Positions 1-9,281 of a stretch of DNA of 64,000 bases are shown here, piece by piece. The stretch spans positions 1,823,971-1,887,970 of the forward strand of contig OZ252261.1 of the NCBI GenBank assembly GCA_965249955.1, given 5' to 3'. Source of the DNA: Bacteroidia bacterium (GTDB taxonomy: Bacteria > Bacteroidota > Bacteroidia > UBA8524). The first letter of the stretch is position 1. Every line of letters starts with the position of its first letter. Position numbers and translations under genes: made by a program. The notes under the pieces were generated by a model that saw nothing but the letters and a program-made list of their open reading frames with translations, was not told the origin of the DNA and made no database searches.

Positions 1-1873
1 GAACAATACCAATGCCGATAATATATACGATGTAAGTGGTATTAGCGTAAGCTACCCCAACAAAGTACTGATACACTCTAAAAAGTACGATTACATAACC
101 ATCGATTTAAAAAATGCCCACGGTAATAGTAATGCCCAACAAGTGGTAATAACCAACTTTTTAGGGCAAGTAGAGTTTCAGCGTGGATTATCGTTAAGAA
201 ACCTTGATGCAAATAGGCTAACAGGCCGCTACGATAGCATCAATGGCTATGGGCATTCAGCATACAAAGGCTGGGATGCCGGTTACGAGTTCCCCCACGG
301 CACATTCGGTCTTTTTGGAAACAACAGGTGGCAAAGCGAAGAAAGCTACCACCATATCAACTTGAATACAAGAACGAATAGGGTTGAGCTTGACTATATT
401 GAAGCAGGAAACGGTTCATTTTCAGGCATTAACTGGAAGTTGAATAACGACTCTACCCATGTGGCTGATTCTGTTATTACAGACTCAAGTTCGGTACACC
501 ACTGCTTCATTCACGATACAGGATCAGAAGGTTTGTATGTTGGCTCAACACAAACAGGAACACAGCAGGTGTTTACAAACCTTACCGTTGAGAACAATGT
601 TTTTTTACGTTGTGGAGGCGAAGGAATACAGCTAGGATGGTTGTATGGTAAAAATACTGTAAAAAACAACGTGGTACACTCAGGTATTGACTGGAAAAAG
701 CCTTTCCAACTATATCAAGATGGTTTGGTGCAAGTATCAGTTGTAGGTGGTGGCACTACCATTAAAGATAATATATTTTTTGCAGGCGGTGAAGGCGCAG
801 GTATTATTGAAATAAAAGACAACATTACCCCCAATAGTATTACAGAAGACACAGTAACCTTTGCCAATAACTTATTTTATGGTTTAAGAGGAGGCGCACT
901 TGTACATTACGGCCTTTACGATACCGTGTATACCAAGGCAGATACAATCACTCACTTAGTGTTTGATGGCAATTATTATAAAATGATAGGCGAAAACTAC
1001 AGTGAAATAACAAGTGTTTCAGATACCAATAACTCAATATGGAGCTTAAACAATAGCGCTAATATTAGCATTGCAAGAAACAATCGCTACGATACTACTG
1101 TAGATAAGTTGGTGCGTCAAGGCTATGTCGCACCTATTTTAAGCAACAATATCCAGCAAACAATAGCATATCCTCAATTTAGAAATTACCTTAACCTTCC
1201 TGATAGTTTTAATTACTTAAACATTAGTAGGTATACCGATAGTACAATAAGGGGAAACAATGCCATTTGGTCAGTAGGCAATATTGTGCAATATTGGAAC
1301 AATAGTGGTGCAACTCGTTTTTATAAATGTATACAAGCAACCTCTTCGCCTAGCAATAAGCCGCCAAAAGACGATAGTAATACCGCCTATTGGGAGCTAC
1401 TTACATGGTTAAAAGCCGACAGTACCGTTAGCTACTTCCCGCCTGATGATGTGCGCCTAGATGCAAGCAGTTTTTACGATAGCTTGGGTATGGGTATTAG
1501 CGATTCAGCAACCTCAAGCAGCTTATTAGTGCCAACCCAGCCAAAGAATAGGTGGAATACAGCCCCTCAGCAAGGCACTAGTCAAACAACACCCGTAAAC
1601 AGTACCGAACAAAAAAGCACAGAAGCCGCAGAAATACTAGATTTTAAAGCATATCCTAATCCTGCAGCACAAGTATTGCATATTAGCAGCAATAGGGCTA
1701 TGCAATCGGTAGCTGTATACGATATGCTAGGCAAGCAGTGTTTAAATGTAGAAGTTAATGGCGCAAATACTGCCACCTTTGATTTGCAAAGATTGGTAAA
1801 CGGGCTATACATAGTACGTATGCGCGGCACCAACGGAGAGACAGCCGTTAAACAAGTACAAGTACTTAAATAA
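1..1873 (+). CDS. 5'-truncated secreted protein with parallel beta-helix-like repeats and a T9SS C-terminal sorting domain. The ORF is open to the window start in frame 2.
   Basis: No stop codon from nt 2 to 1873. Repetitive N(N/V)xF/G(G/S)xG segments (NNVFLRCGGEGIQLG, NNVVHSGIDW, KDNIFFAGGEGAGI) look like PbH1 beta-helix repeats. The C-terminal ~75 aa (KAYPNPAAQVLHISSNRAMQSVAVYDMLGKQ...LYIVRMRGTNGETAVKQVQVLK) matches the Por_Secre_tail / T9SS type A CTD pattern. Confidence 0.6.
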   Translation, partial: NNTNADNIYDVSGISVSYPNKVLIHSKKYDYITIDLKNAHGNSNAQQVVITNFLGQVEFQRGLSLRNLDANRLTGRYDSINGYGHSAYKGWDAGYEFPHGTFGLFGNNRWQSEESYHHINLNTRTNRVELDYIEAGNGSFSGINWKLNNDSTHVADSVITDSSSVHHCFIHDTGSEGLYVGSTQTGTQQVFTNLTVENNVFLRCGGEGIQLGWLYGKNTVKNNVVHSGIDWKKPFQLYQDGLVQVSVVGGGTTIKDNIFFAGGEGAGIIEIKDNITPNSITEDTVTFANNLFYGLRGGALVHYGLYDTVYTKADTITHLVFDGNYYKMIGENYSEITSVSDTNNSIWSLNNSANISIARNNRYDTTVDKLVRQGYVAPILSNNIQQTIAYPQFRNYLNLPDSFNYLNISRYTDSTIRGNNAIWSVGNIVQYWNNSGATRFYKCIQATSSPSNKPPKDDSNTAYWELLTWLKADSTVSYFPPDDVRLDASSFYDSLGMGISDSATSSSLLVPTQPKNRWNTAPQQGTSQTTPVNSTEQKSTEAAEILDFKAYPNPAAQVLHISSNRAMQSVAVYDMLGKQCLNVEVNGANTATFDLQRLVNGLYIVRMRGTNGETAVKQVQVLK

Positions 1874-1910
1874 CAAGTGTTTGAGAGCAAGTTTTTAGAG
1901 AAAATAAAAA

Positions 1911-1938
1911 GCGACACCCTTTGGGTGTCGCTTTTTTA
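1911..1938 (+). terminator. Rho-independent terminator after the T9SS cargo gene.
   Basis: GCGACACCC-ttt-GGGTGTCGC perfect 9-bp stem followed by TTTTTT. Confidence 0.6.
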
Positions 1939-2024
1939 TTTCGATAACAAACAATAAAACTACTTTAAGTACTTAAAATGGCGTGAATATTGAGCCTTTA
2001 AAAATGAACAAACACCAAAACAAT

Positions 2025-2336
2025 ATGGATATAAGAATTGAAGCCCCAAACTTTAGCCCAAGTGAAGCGCTAAAAGATTTTGTGAATGAAAAAGTTGGAA
2101 AATTGTTTAATCAAAGCAGTGCTATTTTGCACGCAGAAGTAACCATGTACGAAGAAGGAAACAGTGGAGCTAAAACTCAAGTGTGTGAAATACGATTAGC
2201 TGTGCCCGGCAACGACCATTTTGTAAAGAAAGAAAGTCCAGCTTTCGAACAATCAATATTAGAAGCCGTAGATACTTTGCAAAAAGTAGTTAGCAGGCAA
2301 AAAGAAAAAGAAGTTGGCCAAAGAAACGATGCTTAA
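2025..2336 (+). CDS. hpf: Ribosome hibernation promoting factor / sigma-54 modulation protein (HPF/RaiA family).
   Basis: MDIRIEAPNFSPSEALKDFVNEKVGKL aligns with the canonical HPF N-terminus (MxIxIxG..xx.ALrdyVeeKl.kL). Size ~100 aa. The longer ORF from 1983 has a non-conserved 14-aa lead, so start 2025 is preferred. Confidence 0.65.
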   Translation: MDIRIEAPNFSPSEALKDFVNEKVGKLFNQSSAILHAEVTMYEEGNSGAKTQVCEIRLAVPGNDHFVKKESPAFEQSILEAVDTLQKVVSRQKEKEVGQRNDA

Positions 2337-2356
2337 CCCCATTAGTTTTTAATACT

Positions 2357-2393
2357 AAAAAAGGGGTGCTAAATTATTTAGCACCCCTTTTTT
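2357..2393. terminator. Bidirectional hairpin terminator between convergent hpf and the lipoprotein gene.
   Basis: AAAAAAGGGGTGCTAAAT-tat-TTAGCACCCCTTTTTT: A-run and T-run flank a ~13-bp stem. Confidence 0.6.
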
Positions 2394-2397
2394 GTAG

Positions 2398-3138
2398 CTA
2401 TTTAGTGCCATTTTTTAAATACTCATCAGTAGTATATATTTTTTTAACGTAAATATTTTTATTCTCACCAATTACAAACTCGCACAAGCCAATATGTGTT
2501 TTGTTTTTTGGATTCCAATCGTAAGTATAGCCTAAAGCCGTCCAAGGATATTGATCGTACAAAGCACATTGGTAGTAGCGCGATACCCGTGTTTCGTTAA
2601 CCCAGTTCACATAACTCATGTCAGCCGAGTCAGCCTTAGTAAAACAAGTATTGCACTGTGTGTCGGTAATCTCTTTATCGGGACAGGGTCTAAACATATC
2701 TTGTGGCCTCACCCAAAATTCAATAAACAATTTATAATCATGTATTGGAGGTAAGCCTAGCATCTGTTTTAGGCGCATACTAACATCCGTATATTTTTCA
2801 GCATTTATTCTATTCAAAAGTTCAGGCGCAGCAGTAACCCAAATAGGGTAATTAGTTGTATTATAAATTCCTGAATCAGGATAAAAACTTTGGGTTTTCC
2901 AAGTAACCATCAAAACATACTCTTCACCATTAATGGTTTTTCTAATTAGGTTTGGGTTTTGTGGAGTAATAGCAATTAGGTTTTTATTCACCGCATCCGT
3001 TTCAGGATACATGGCCTCTTTAACCCCGTTGCGGTACAGTGTAGGATAGTTTGATGGTGAGTTGGAGAGTTTTACTGATTGGCAAGCGTTGGTCAATACA
3101 AGCAAGCAAATTGATAAAATGATAGTTAGTTTTTTCAT
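2398..3138 (-). CDS. Hypothetical lipoprotein (signal peptide plus Cys, 246 aa).
   Basis: MKKLTIILSICLLVLTNACQS lipobox-like N-terminus. No family recognised by eye. Confidence 0.5.
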   Translation of the reverse strand: MKKLTIILSICLLVLTNACQSVKLSNSPSNYPTLYRNGVKEAMYPETDAVNKNLIAITPQNPNLIRKTINGEEYVLMVTWKTQSFYPDSGIYNTTNYPIWVTAAPELLNRINAEKYTDVSMRLKQMLGLPPIHDYKLFIEFWVRPQDMFRPCPDKEITDTQCNTCFTKADSADMSYVNWVNETRVSRYYQCALYDQYPWTALGYTYDWNPKNKTHIGLCEFVIGENKNIYVKKIYTTDEYLKNGTK

Positions 3139-3162
3139 GACGGAAATATAGTAAAAGCCTGA

Positions 3163-3498
3163 TTAAAAAGACAATACCTTGCCTTTTTCAATCAATAATT
3201 TTTTCGCAAACGGCCAGTCGGGAAGTGCCTCTGCCTCAAAAGTATAAACACGTATTTCTTTGGCAATTGTGGCACTTTGTTTCATAGCAGCCAAATGCTC
3301 GGCATTTCGAGAAAAAGTATTCATTTGTGTATCATTTTCCCATGCCGATAGAGTAAAATGCTTCAGTAGTCCCCCCGTTGTTCTATATCCTTTGCATGGC
3401 GAGGCTTTGAGTTGCTTAAAGACTTTAAGCACAATACCTGTAAAGACAAAAAACTTTAATGGTGAACGAAGTTCTATGGAAGTAATAGTAACTAACAT
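3163..3498 (-). CDS. Hypothetical small protein (111 aa), possibly in an operon with the upstream lipoprotein.
   Basis: ORF only. The 24-bp spacing to the downstream lipoprotein gene suggests co-transcription. No confident family assignment. Confidence 0.3.
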   Translation of the reverse strand: MLVTITSIELRSPLKFFVFTGIVLKVFKQLKASPCKGYRTTGGLLKHFTLSAWENDTQMNTFSRNAEHLAAMKQSATIAKEIRVYTFEAEALPDWPFAKKLLIEKGKVLSF

Positions 3499-3567
3499 AA
3501 TTGCAAAATAGATAGTACATTGTGGTTTTATAATAGTTTTCTATAAATAGTAGTAGATTATCTTTTA

Positions 3568-6510
3568 ATGCTTGCAATGAGAACAGGATTTAAGGCTTTT
3601 GTAATAGTTTTTTTTATTTTTTTAGGAAGTAGGATAGGGGCGCAGACATTTGCATTAAAAAACTACTCGGCAAATCAAGGGTTGCCCAGTTCAGAGGTTT
3701 ACAATTCAATTCAAGACGAGCAAGGATATATATGGTTTGCAACAGATAGAGGTATAGCTAAATACGATGGTTATTCGTTTAAAACGTTAACAACGCAGGA
3801 AGGGCTTACTGATAATACTGTGTTTGAGTTTTTTAAAGATAGTAAACAACAACTTTGGTGTAAAACATTTTCTTCAACCATAAACCGTATTTCTAATGAT
3901 AGTGCATATCCCTACAAATACAATAACCTAATTCAAACTCTCTTCCCTACAGAAATATTAAAAGAGTTGTTTTTTGATAAAAAGGGGGATTTATTTTTTG
4001 CAAAAGGAAGCGAAGAACAGGGCATAAGCATTTTCAGAATTGATAAATCAGGAAAACTAGATACTTTTAATAAAAGACAAGTAAAAGAAAGGCCAATAAG
4101 AGAAGTTTACCTCTCAGATAATGGGCGTTGCCTTGTTGGAGGAGACATTATAGCACCAACAACTGATATTTTTGAGCTGGGGAATAAAGAAAAAATAATA
4201 TCATTTACGCATGAAATTGAAAGAGGCGACCCGTTCTCTAAAAAAATAAATAACAATTATATAATCTGCATAAACCAAAAGATTTTTATATTAAAAGACA
4301 AGAAAATTAAAAAAATATGGGACTGCAAAGGGGAAACACTTTATTTTTTTATTGATAAAGACGAAAATTTTTGGATTGGATATAGAAGTTTAGGGTTTGA
4401 ATTTCTTTCGGCAAAAAGCGGTTATACAAAGGCCATATCGGGGTTAAACAACCACTCAATATCATCATTAAGTCAGGATAAAGAGGGAGGTATATGGATT
4501 ACAACATTAGAAAAAGGGGTATTCTATCTCGCGCCCTCGGCGCCCTTAGTATATACAAAAGAACAAGGCCTATCAACAGAAAAAATCAATAAAATAGTTA
4601 ATGTCGGAGGTAATATTGTAGCGCTTACCTCTGACGATCAATTGTTGCTAAAAGATAAAAACAGCAGTGTGTTTAAATCCATCTGGGGAAAAAAGAGATA
4701 CGCAACAGACATTGCTTATTCTGAAAAAAACGGAATTTTCACATTTTACCCAACAACAGAATTAATTGCTCCCCAACAGAAGCACACAATAATATTGGCA
4801 CATAAAAAAATATTTTTTGGCACAAGGTATTTATGGGGTGTTTTATATAAAAAAATAACAAAATTTACCCCTCAGGGAGAAATACTGGATAGTATTCCAT
4901 TTAATCAGAAAAGAGTTTTGTGCGTTGAAGAGTTAACCAACGGCGATTTATTGGTGGGCACCATTGGTGGTTTATACATATACAAAAACAAACAAGTTAC
5001 ATCACTTTCGTCAGCTAGCCCATTATTTAATTTGCGTGTTAGTGATATAAAGCAACTTGATAGTAACCATGTAGTTATTGCCACTTTGGGAGGAGGCATT
5101 TTAATAACACAGATAAATAATTATAAAAATACAATACAGTATAAAACAGATAGAGGTTTACCCAGCATAATGTGCAATACCCTGCTAAAGATTAATGATA
5201 GCACGCTTTGGGTGGGTACTAATAGAGGACTTTGTCGTGTCAACAATATATTGCAGCCAGATAAATCAATATTTACAGGCGTAGATATAAATAATGGGCT
5301 TGTATCAAACGAGGTAAATAATATTTGTGAAGTAGATGGTAAACTTTGGGTAGCAACAGCCGCGGGGATATCAATATTAAATCAGAAAACAATAGGTCAA
5401 GTTAATAGTAGCATACCTATTTATATAAAAAAAATAAATATTAATGGGGAAGAAACCCCATTATTGCCTTTGTTAAAACTAGCATATAATCAAAATAATA
5501 TAGCATTTTCATTTATTGGCCTTAATTATCAATATGCAGGGCAGTTAGTATACAAGTACCGCTTATTGGGTGCCGAAACAAAATGGAACACTACCACCAA
5601 CCTTTCAGTATTATACAATACCTTACCCTACGGAGAGTATACATTTGAAATTGGTGTAATGCGTCCAAGAGGCAGTGCACCCACACAATTTGTTAAATAC
5701 CACTTTACTATTTTGCCGCCACTTTGGCTTGAACCCTGGTTTATAGTATTTGTAGTAGCACTATTGGCATTACTTATATATTGGTATATACGTTATAGGG
5801 TAAACTTTGTGCGCAAGCAAGAGCAACTAAATGTAGATTTAAACACTTTTAGAGATAGAGCACTTCGTGGGCAAATGAACCCACACTTTATATACAATTC
5901 ACTAAACTCTATACAAAACTATATGCTTAAAAGCGATACAATGGCCTCCGTATCGTTCCTTTCAAAATTTTCCCAGCTTATGCGGCTCACCTTCAACAAT
6001 ACCGCACAAGAGTTAATTACCCTTGAAAAAGATATGGAAGCTTTGCTATTGTATATTGAGCTTGAAGACTTGAGATTTCAGCATAAATTTACAGTGCACA
6101 TAGAAAACAGCAGTAACTTAGATTTTTCTTTTATAAAAGTGCCTCCACTAATATTGCAGCCCTTTGTAGAAAATGCAATACAACACGGCTTGCTAACCAA
6201 AACAGGTGGCGGCAATATTTGGATTAGCTTTATCAAACACCCGGATAGTATAGAAATAACCATACAAGATGATGGAATTGGCCGAGCAAATGCAAAAAAA
6301 ATACAAGAAAGAAAAGCCCGATTTAAAGCCCGCTTAGTAAATGCCTTTGGCAGAAGGGAGTATACAGGCATTACTGCAACCCAAACCCGAATACAGCAAG
6401 CTTGGGGCAATAAGTTTAGCAAAAACCAGTTTAAAATAGTAGATTTAACAACTGATAATGGCTTGCCCAAGGGCACGCTAGTACACATTTTTTTACCTTT
6501 ATATGATTAA
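3568..6510 (+). CDS. Hybrid-architecture sensor histidine kinase: N-terminal signal/TM, periplasmic beta-propeller-like repeats (two-component regulator propeller / Y_Y_Y-type), TM, then LytS/YehU-type His_kinase and HATPase.
   Basis: The 980-aa protein carries repeated GxxxGGlxxy-type propeller segments (LWVGTNRGL, LWVATAAGIS). A TM lies at ~aa 735-760. The NPHFIYNSLNSIQNYM motif is typical of the LytS-type histidine kinase domain (PF06580). C-terminal ATPase motifs (QPFVENAIQHG, ITIQDDGIG) follow. Confidence 0.8.
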   Translation: MLAMRTGFKAFVIVFFIFLGSRIGAQTFALKNYSANQGLPSSEVYNSIQDEQGYIWFATDRGIAKYDGYSFKTLTTQEGLTDNTVFEFFKDSKQQLWCKTFSSTINRISNDSAYPYKYNNLIQTLFPTEILKELFFDKKGDLFFAKGSEEQGISIFRIDKSGKLDTFNKRQVKERPIREVYLSDNGRCLVGGDIIAPTTDIFELGNKEKIISFTHEIERGDPFSKKINNNYIICINQKIFILKDKKIKKIWDCKGETLYFFIDKDENFWIGYRSLGFEFLSAKSGYTKAISGLNNHSISSLSQDKEGGIWITTLEKGVFYLAPSAPLVYTKEQGLSTEKINKIVNVGGNIVALTSDDQLLLKDKNSSVFKSIWGKKRYATDIAYSEKNGIFTFYPTTELIAPQQKHTIILAHKKIFFGTRYLWGVLYKKITKFTPQGEILDSIPFNQKRVLCVEELTNGDLLVGTIGGLYIYKNKQVTSLSSASPLFNLRVSDIKQLDSNHVVIATLGGGILITQINNYKNTIQYKTDRGLPSIMCNTLLKINDSTLWVGTNRGLCRVNNILQPDKSIFTGVDINNGLVSNEVNNICEVDGKLWVATAAGISILNQKTIGQVNSSIPIYIKKININGEETPLLPLLKLAYNQNNIAFSFIGLNYQYAGQLVYKYRLLGAETKWNTTTNLSVLYNTLPYGEYTFEIGVMRPRGSAPTQFVKYHFTILPPLWLEPWFIVFVVALLALLIYWYIRYRVNFVRKQEQLNVDLNTFRDRALRGQMNPHFIYNSLNSIQNYMLKSDTMASVSFLSKFSQLMRLTFNNTAQELITLEKDMEALLLYIELEDLRFQHKFTVHIENSSNLDFSFIKVPPLILQPFVENAIQHGLLTKTGGGNIWISFIKHPDSIEITIQDDGIGRANAKKIQERKARFKARLVNAFGRREYTGITATQTRIQQAWGNKFSKNQFKIVDLTTDNGLPKGTLVHIFLPLYD

Positions 6511-7258
6511 AGCTATCATTGTTGACGATGAACTATCGGCGGGGGAGGTATTGCAAACTCTTATATCATCGTTTTCACATCAAGTTACTATTTGTAGCAT
6601 TTGCACCAATATACCAGACGCTATAGGTGCAATACAAAAACACGAGCCGAATGTTATTTTTTTAGATATTGAATTGGCCGATGGTAGCGGGTTTGAAGTG
6701 TTAGAAAACTTAAACGATTTGCAAACACGCGTTGTATTTGTTACCGCGTATGAACACTATGCCATTAATGCGATAAAGCATAACGCATTTGACTATATTT
6801 TAAAGCCCATTGACCCTGATGAACTTTATGGAATGTTGGGAAAACTGATAGAGGAAGAAGAAAAAGTAGCCCCCTATCCTGATGCAAGTGCACTACTACA
6901 GCAACTTTTAGGCGGAATAGGTAAAAAAATAGCCGTGCCCAACCGCACAGGTCTTGAGTATTATTTTATTGACGATATAATATTAATAGAAGGGCAAGGC
7001 AGCTATGTGCAGATGCACCTTGTTAACGGAAGCTCGCCTTTAATATCAAAAAAGATAAAAGATTTTGAAGGTATATTAGCCAATAAGGGTTTTTTGCGCG
7101 TACACAAAAGTTTCTTCATCAATTTGGCACATATCGAGAGCTTGCACAAAGATGAAGGGGGGTACATACAAATGAGCAATGGAAAACAAGTAACCATTAG
7201 TCCTAAAGACAAAGACGATATTTTACGCAACATAAAGCGACTTTCGAATATTATTTAA
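6503..7258 (+). CDS. LytTR-family response regulator (REC plus LytTR DNA-binding domain).
   Basis: N-terminal receiver domain (IIVDDE...D55-like FLDIELADGSG...LKP). C-terminal LytTR domain (IAVPNRTGLEYYFIDDIILIEG..SYVQMHL...RVHKSFFINLAHIE). The ATGATTAA 8-nt overlap with the kinase gene implies translational coupling. Confidence 0.85.
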   Translation: MIKAIIVDDELSAGEVLQTLISSFSHQVTICSICTNIPDAIGAIQKHEPNVIFLDIELADGSGFEVLENLNDLQTRVVFVTAYEHYAINAIKHNAFDYILKPIDPDELYGMLGKLIEEEEKVAPYPDASALLQQLLGGIGKKIAVPNRTGLEYYFIDDIILIEGQGSYVQMHLVNGSSPLISKKIKDFEGILANKGFLRVHKSFFINLAHIESLHKDEGGYIQMSNGKQVTISPKDKDDILRNIKRLSNII

Positions 7259-7275
7259 ACAGCTATAGCTTAAAT

Positions 7276-7317
7276 AAACGGGTAAAGCCCTCCAATACTG
7301 GAGGGCTTTACCCGTTT
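7276..7317. terminator. Strong hairpin terminator after the two-component operon.
   Basis: AAACGGGTAAAGCCCTCC-aatact-GGAGGGCTTTACCCGTTT: an 18-bp perfect stem. Confidence 0.65.
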
Positions 7318-7400
7318 ATAAGACTTGCTTTTAGCACATTACAATTTTTAGTAAGAAAAATTTCAGTACAGAAAACCGAGCTTCATGTTTTTACGTAAGT

Positions 7401-7874
7401 ATGACAAAACCTTTAAAAGTAACCACCATGAAGAAGACACTAATCAGAATAACAGTAGGCACAGTATCGCTAGTAGTGATACTTTTAGCCACTTTGGCAA
7501 TACACATATATTTAGTAACACCCAAAAAGAGCGATACAGCAAACAGCGATTTGCGTATGCGCCAACTTAGCCGCATTGACTTTAAACAAACGGTAGACTC
7601 TACTGAGGCTGAAAAAATAAGAGGTTTTGTACAGAACTTGGAAGGTGTGCAAAGCACCTACTTTAATACTGAAAACGGAGCACTGGTATACACCTTTGAG
7701 GTGGGCACACAAACATCAGAAAATGTGTATAGCAAGGTAGTAGCCTTTGGCAACTACAAAGCCGAGCGCTATGTGGTAGAGGCAAAAGAAGCACAAGGCG
7801 GTTGCCCTGCCCATGTCAAAGAAAATTCTTTTAGCAAAAACTTCGGCAATGCTTTAGCAAGCCTATTCAACTAA
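7401..7874 (+). CDS. Hypothetical membrane-anchored protein (N-terminal TM). The start may be at the internal MKKTLIRI at 7428.
   Basis: ORF with hydrophobic N-terminus (ITVGTVSLVVILLATLAIHIYLV), directly upstream of the globin-like lipoprotein gene. Confidence 0.4.
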   Translation: MTKPLKVTTMKKTLIRITVGTVSLVVILLATLAIHIYLVTPKKSDTANSDLRMRQLSRIDFKQTVDSTEAEKIRGFVQNLEGVQSTYFNTENGALVYTFEVGTQTSENVYSKVVAFGNYKAERYVVEAKEAQGGCPAHVKENSFSKNFGNALASLFN

Positions 7875-7905
7875 TTAAACAAATCACTAAACATAAATAT
7901 CACCC

Positions 7906-8490
7906 ATGAAAAAAGTATCTATTTTATTACTAGTGTGCTTATCAGCACTAACAGTGTTCAACTCATGCTCGAAAGATGATGACAACAACAGTACACCGGC
8001 CACAAACACCACCCCTACTTTGTATGAAAGGGTAGGAGGCACGGTAATGGTTTCTGACCCAGCTAATGCCGGACAGATGATTGAAAAAGGACGTTTAACA
8101 CTTCGCGCCGTTGTTGATAGCTCAATATTAGTTATAGCAGGCGACGCTCAATTAGCACCATACTTTCCTGTATTATTTGCAGAGTTAGGAAACAACAACA
8201 CAACAGGTTTAACTGCCCTTAGCAAAAACCTTACTGATTTTTTCTGTACAGCCACAGGATCTAAAAACTCAAGCTACGCATACACCGGAATGAGTATGAA
8301 GGCAGCCCACGACCCCGCATCAAACAACCGTATGGGGATGAAAGCTGATAAAGCTGATTTTGACAAATTTGTAGGAGATATTGGTATTGGCCTTGCTAAA
8401 AACGGAGTAACATCAGCAAACAACAAAGCACTGGTAGATGATTTAGTAGCATTACTATACACTACCGAAGCCGATATAGTACAACGCTAA
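7906..8490 (+). CDS. Lipoprotein with a truncated-haemoglobin-like (2/2 globin) domain.
   Basis: Lipobox MKKVSILLLVCLSALTVFNSCS. LYERVGG...AVVD...APYF and SYAYTGMSMKAAH match hallmark trHb motifs (LYERLGG / YTGxxMKxAH). A ~25-aa insert follows the GG motif. Confidence 0.5.
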   Translation: MKKVSILLLVCLSALTVFNSCSKDDDNNSTPATNTTPTLYERVGGTVMVSDPANAGQMIEKGRLTLRAVVDSSILVIAGDAQLAPYFPVLFAELGNNNTTGLTALSKNLTDFFCTATGSKNSSYAYTGMSMKAAHDPASNNRMGMKADKADFDKFVGDIGIGLAKNGVTSANNKALVDDLVALLYTTEADIVQR

Positions 8491-8514
8491 TAGCAAACTC
8501 TTGTCCCTTTTTTT

Positions 8515-8545
8515 AAAGCTTTGCAGTATCTGCAAAGCTTTTTCT
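8515..8545 (+). terminator. Rho-independent terminator after the globin-like lipoprotein gene.
   Basis: AAAGCTTTGCAG-tatc-CTGCAAAGCTTTTT perfect stem plus T-run. Confidence 0.6.
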
Positions 8546-8699
8546 ATGTACTGCATAGAAAAGACAAAGCCACTTAGCTGTTGTATTAAGTATCATAAAT
8601 TTGAAAGAGAAGCTTTCTAACCCCAAATAAAAGAGGAGTGTTGCAGAAAACAAATGGTGGAATAACTATTGGAAATACTTCTACAAACAGTGCTACAAA

Positions 8700-8858
8700 T
8701 TATGCAGCTTGTTTACGTATGCCGTTTAGCCTGCGTGAAAGAACGTCCTCTTCAATGCTAAGCTTAAACTTCATTTTAAAGTACCTTTGTAATGCCTTCA
8801 CATTCACTTTCGATTTGTGGGCAAATTTTGCTAATGTTTCACTAATTAAGTCTCTCAT
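8700..8858 (-). CDS. Candidate 52-aa small ORF with an HTH-like segment resembling the second helix of an AraC-type domain. Speculative.
   Basis: Minus-strand ATG..TAA ORF MRDLISETLAKFAHKSKVNVKALQRYFKMKFKLSIEEDVLSRRLNGIRKQAA. The segment L..RYFK....G.S....R resembles the AraC HTH_18 consensus (L.R.Fk...G.sp..y). It sits in the 790-bp purQ upstream intergenic region, below the ORF-track length threshold. Confidence 0.2.
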   Translation of the reverse strand: MRDLISETLAKFAHKSKVNVKALQRYFKMKFKLSIEEDVLSRRLNGIRKQAA

Positions 8859-9269
8859 GATGGTGTGTGTTTTGTGTGTGTTGCTTTATTATGCCATTGG
8901 ATAGTAACTTTACTAATATAAACGGCATTTTACAGATTTTAGTTTGAAAAACACAAATATATTTTTAATAATGAGACAAAATGTTTGTGCTATTAAGTAA
9001 GACTTGTGTTTAGTTACTTGATAATCAGTCATTTAATTTGTGGATAAATACTAGGTATATACAAATGAAATGCTTACCGAATAAGAAACACTATCACCCC
9101 CCCGATTTTAAACAAACACTATATGCTTGTGAACCCTTGTTAATATTGGGGTTTTAGAATTAAAAAGTAAGTTGTAAAAAGCCATCCTTTTAGTTGCAAT
9201 ACCAAAAGGCAATACAACAACATACCCATGAAATATTTACAGAGTAATACGTATTACAAGGCAAAAAAC

Positions 9270-9277
9270 TACCTTTG
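9270..9277 (+). promoter_or_regulatory. Bacteroidetes sigma-A -7 element (TAccTTTG) immediately upstream of purQ, giving a near-leaderless transcript.
   Basis: Exact TAnnTTTG match 4 nt before the purQ ATG. The flanking GCAAAAAAnT...TTTGTAcAATG resembles the element upstream of the lutA-like gene at 28052. Confidence 0.3.
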
Positions 9278-9281
9278 TACA

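Noticed and set aside
4905-6488. Minus-strand ORFs 4905-5099 and 6078-6488 inside the histidine kinase gene.
   Set aside because: They are antisense shadow ORFs within a well-supported 980-aa coding region.
8638-8904. 88-aa plus-strand ORF in the purQ upstream gap.
   Set aside because: It has a low-complexity, Cys/Leu-rich translation and no family features. It lies antisense to a more plausible short HTH-like ORF. I treat it as a random ORF in AT-rich non-coding DNA.
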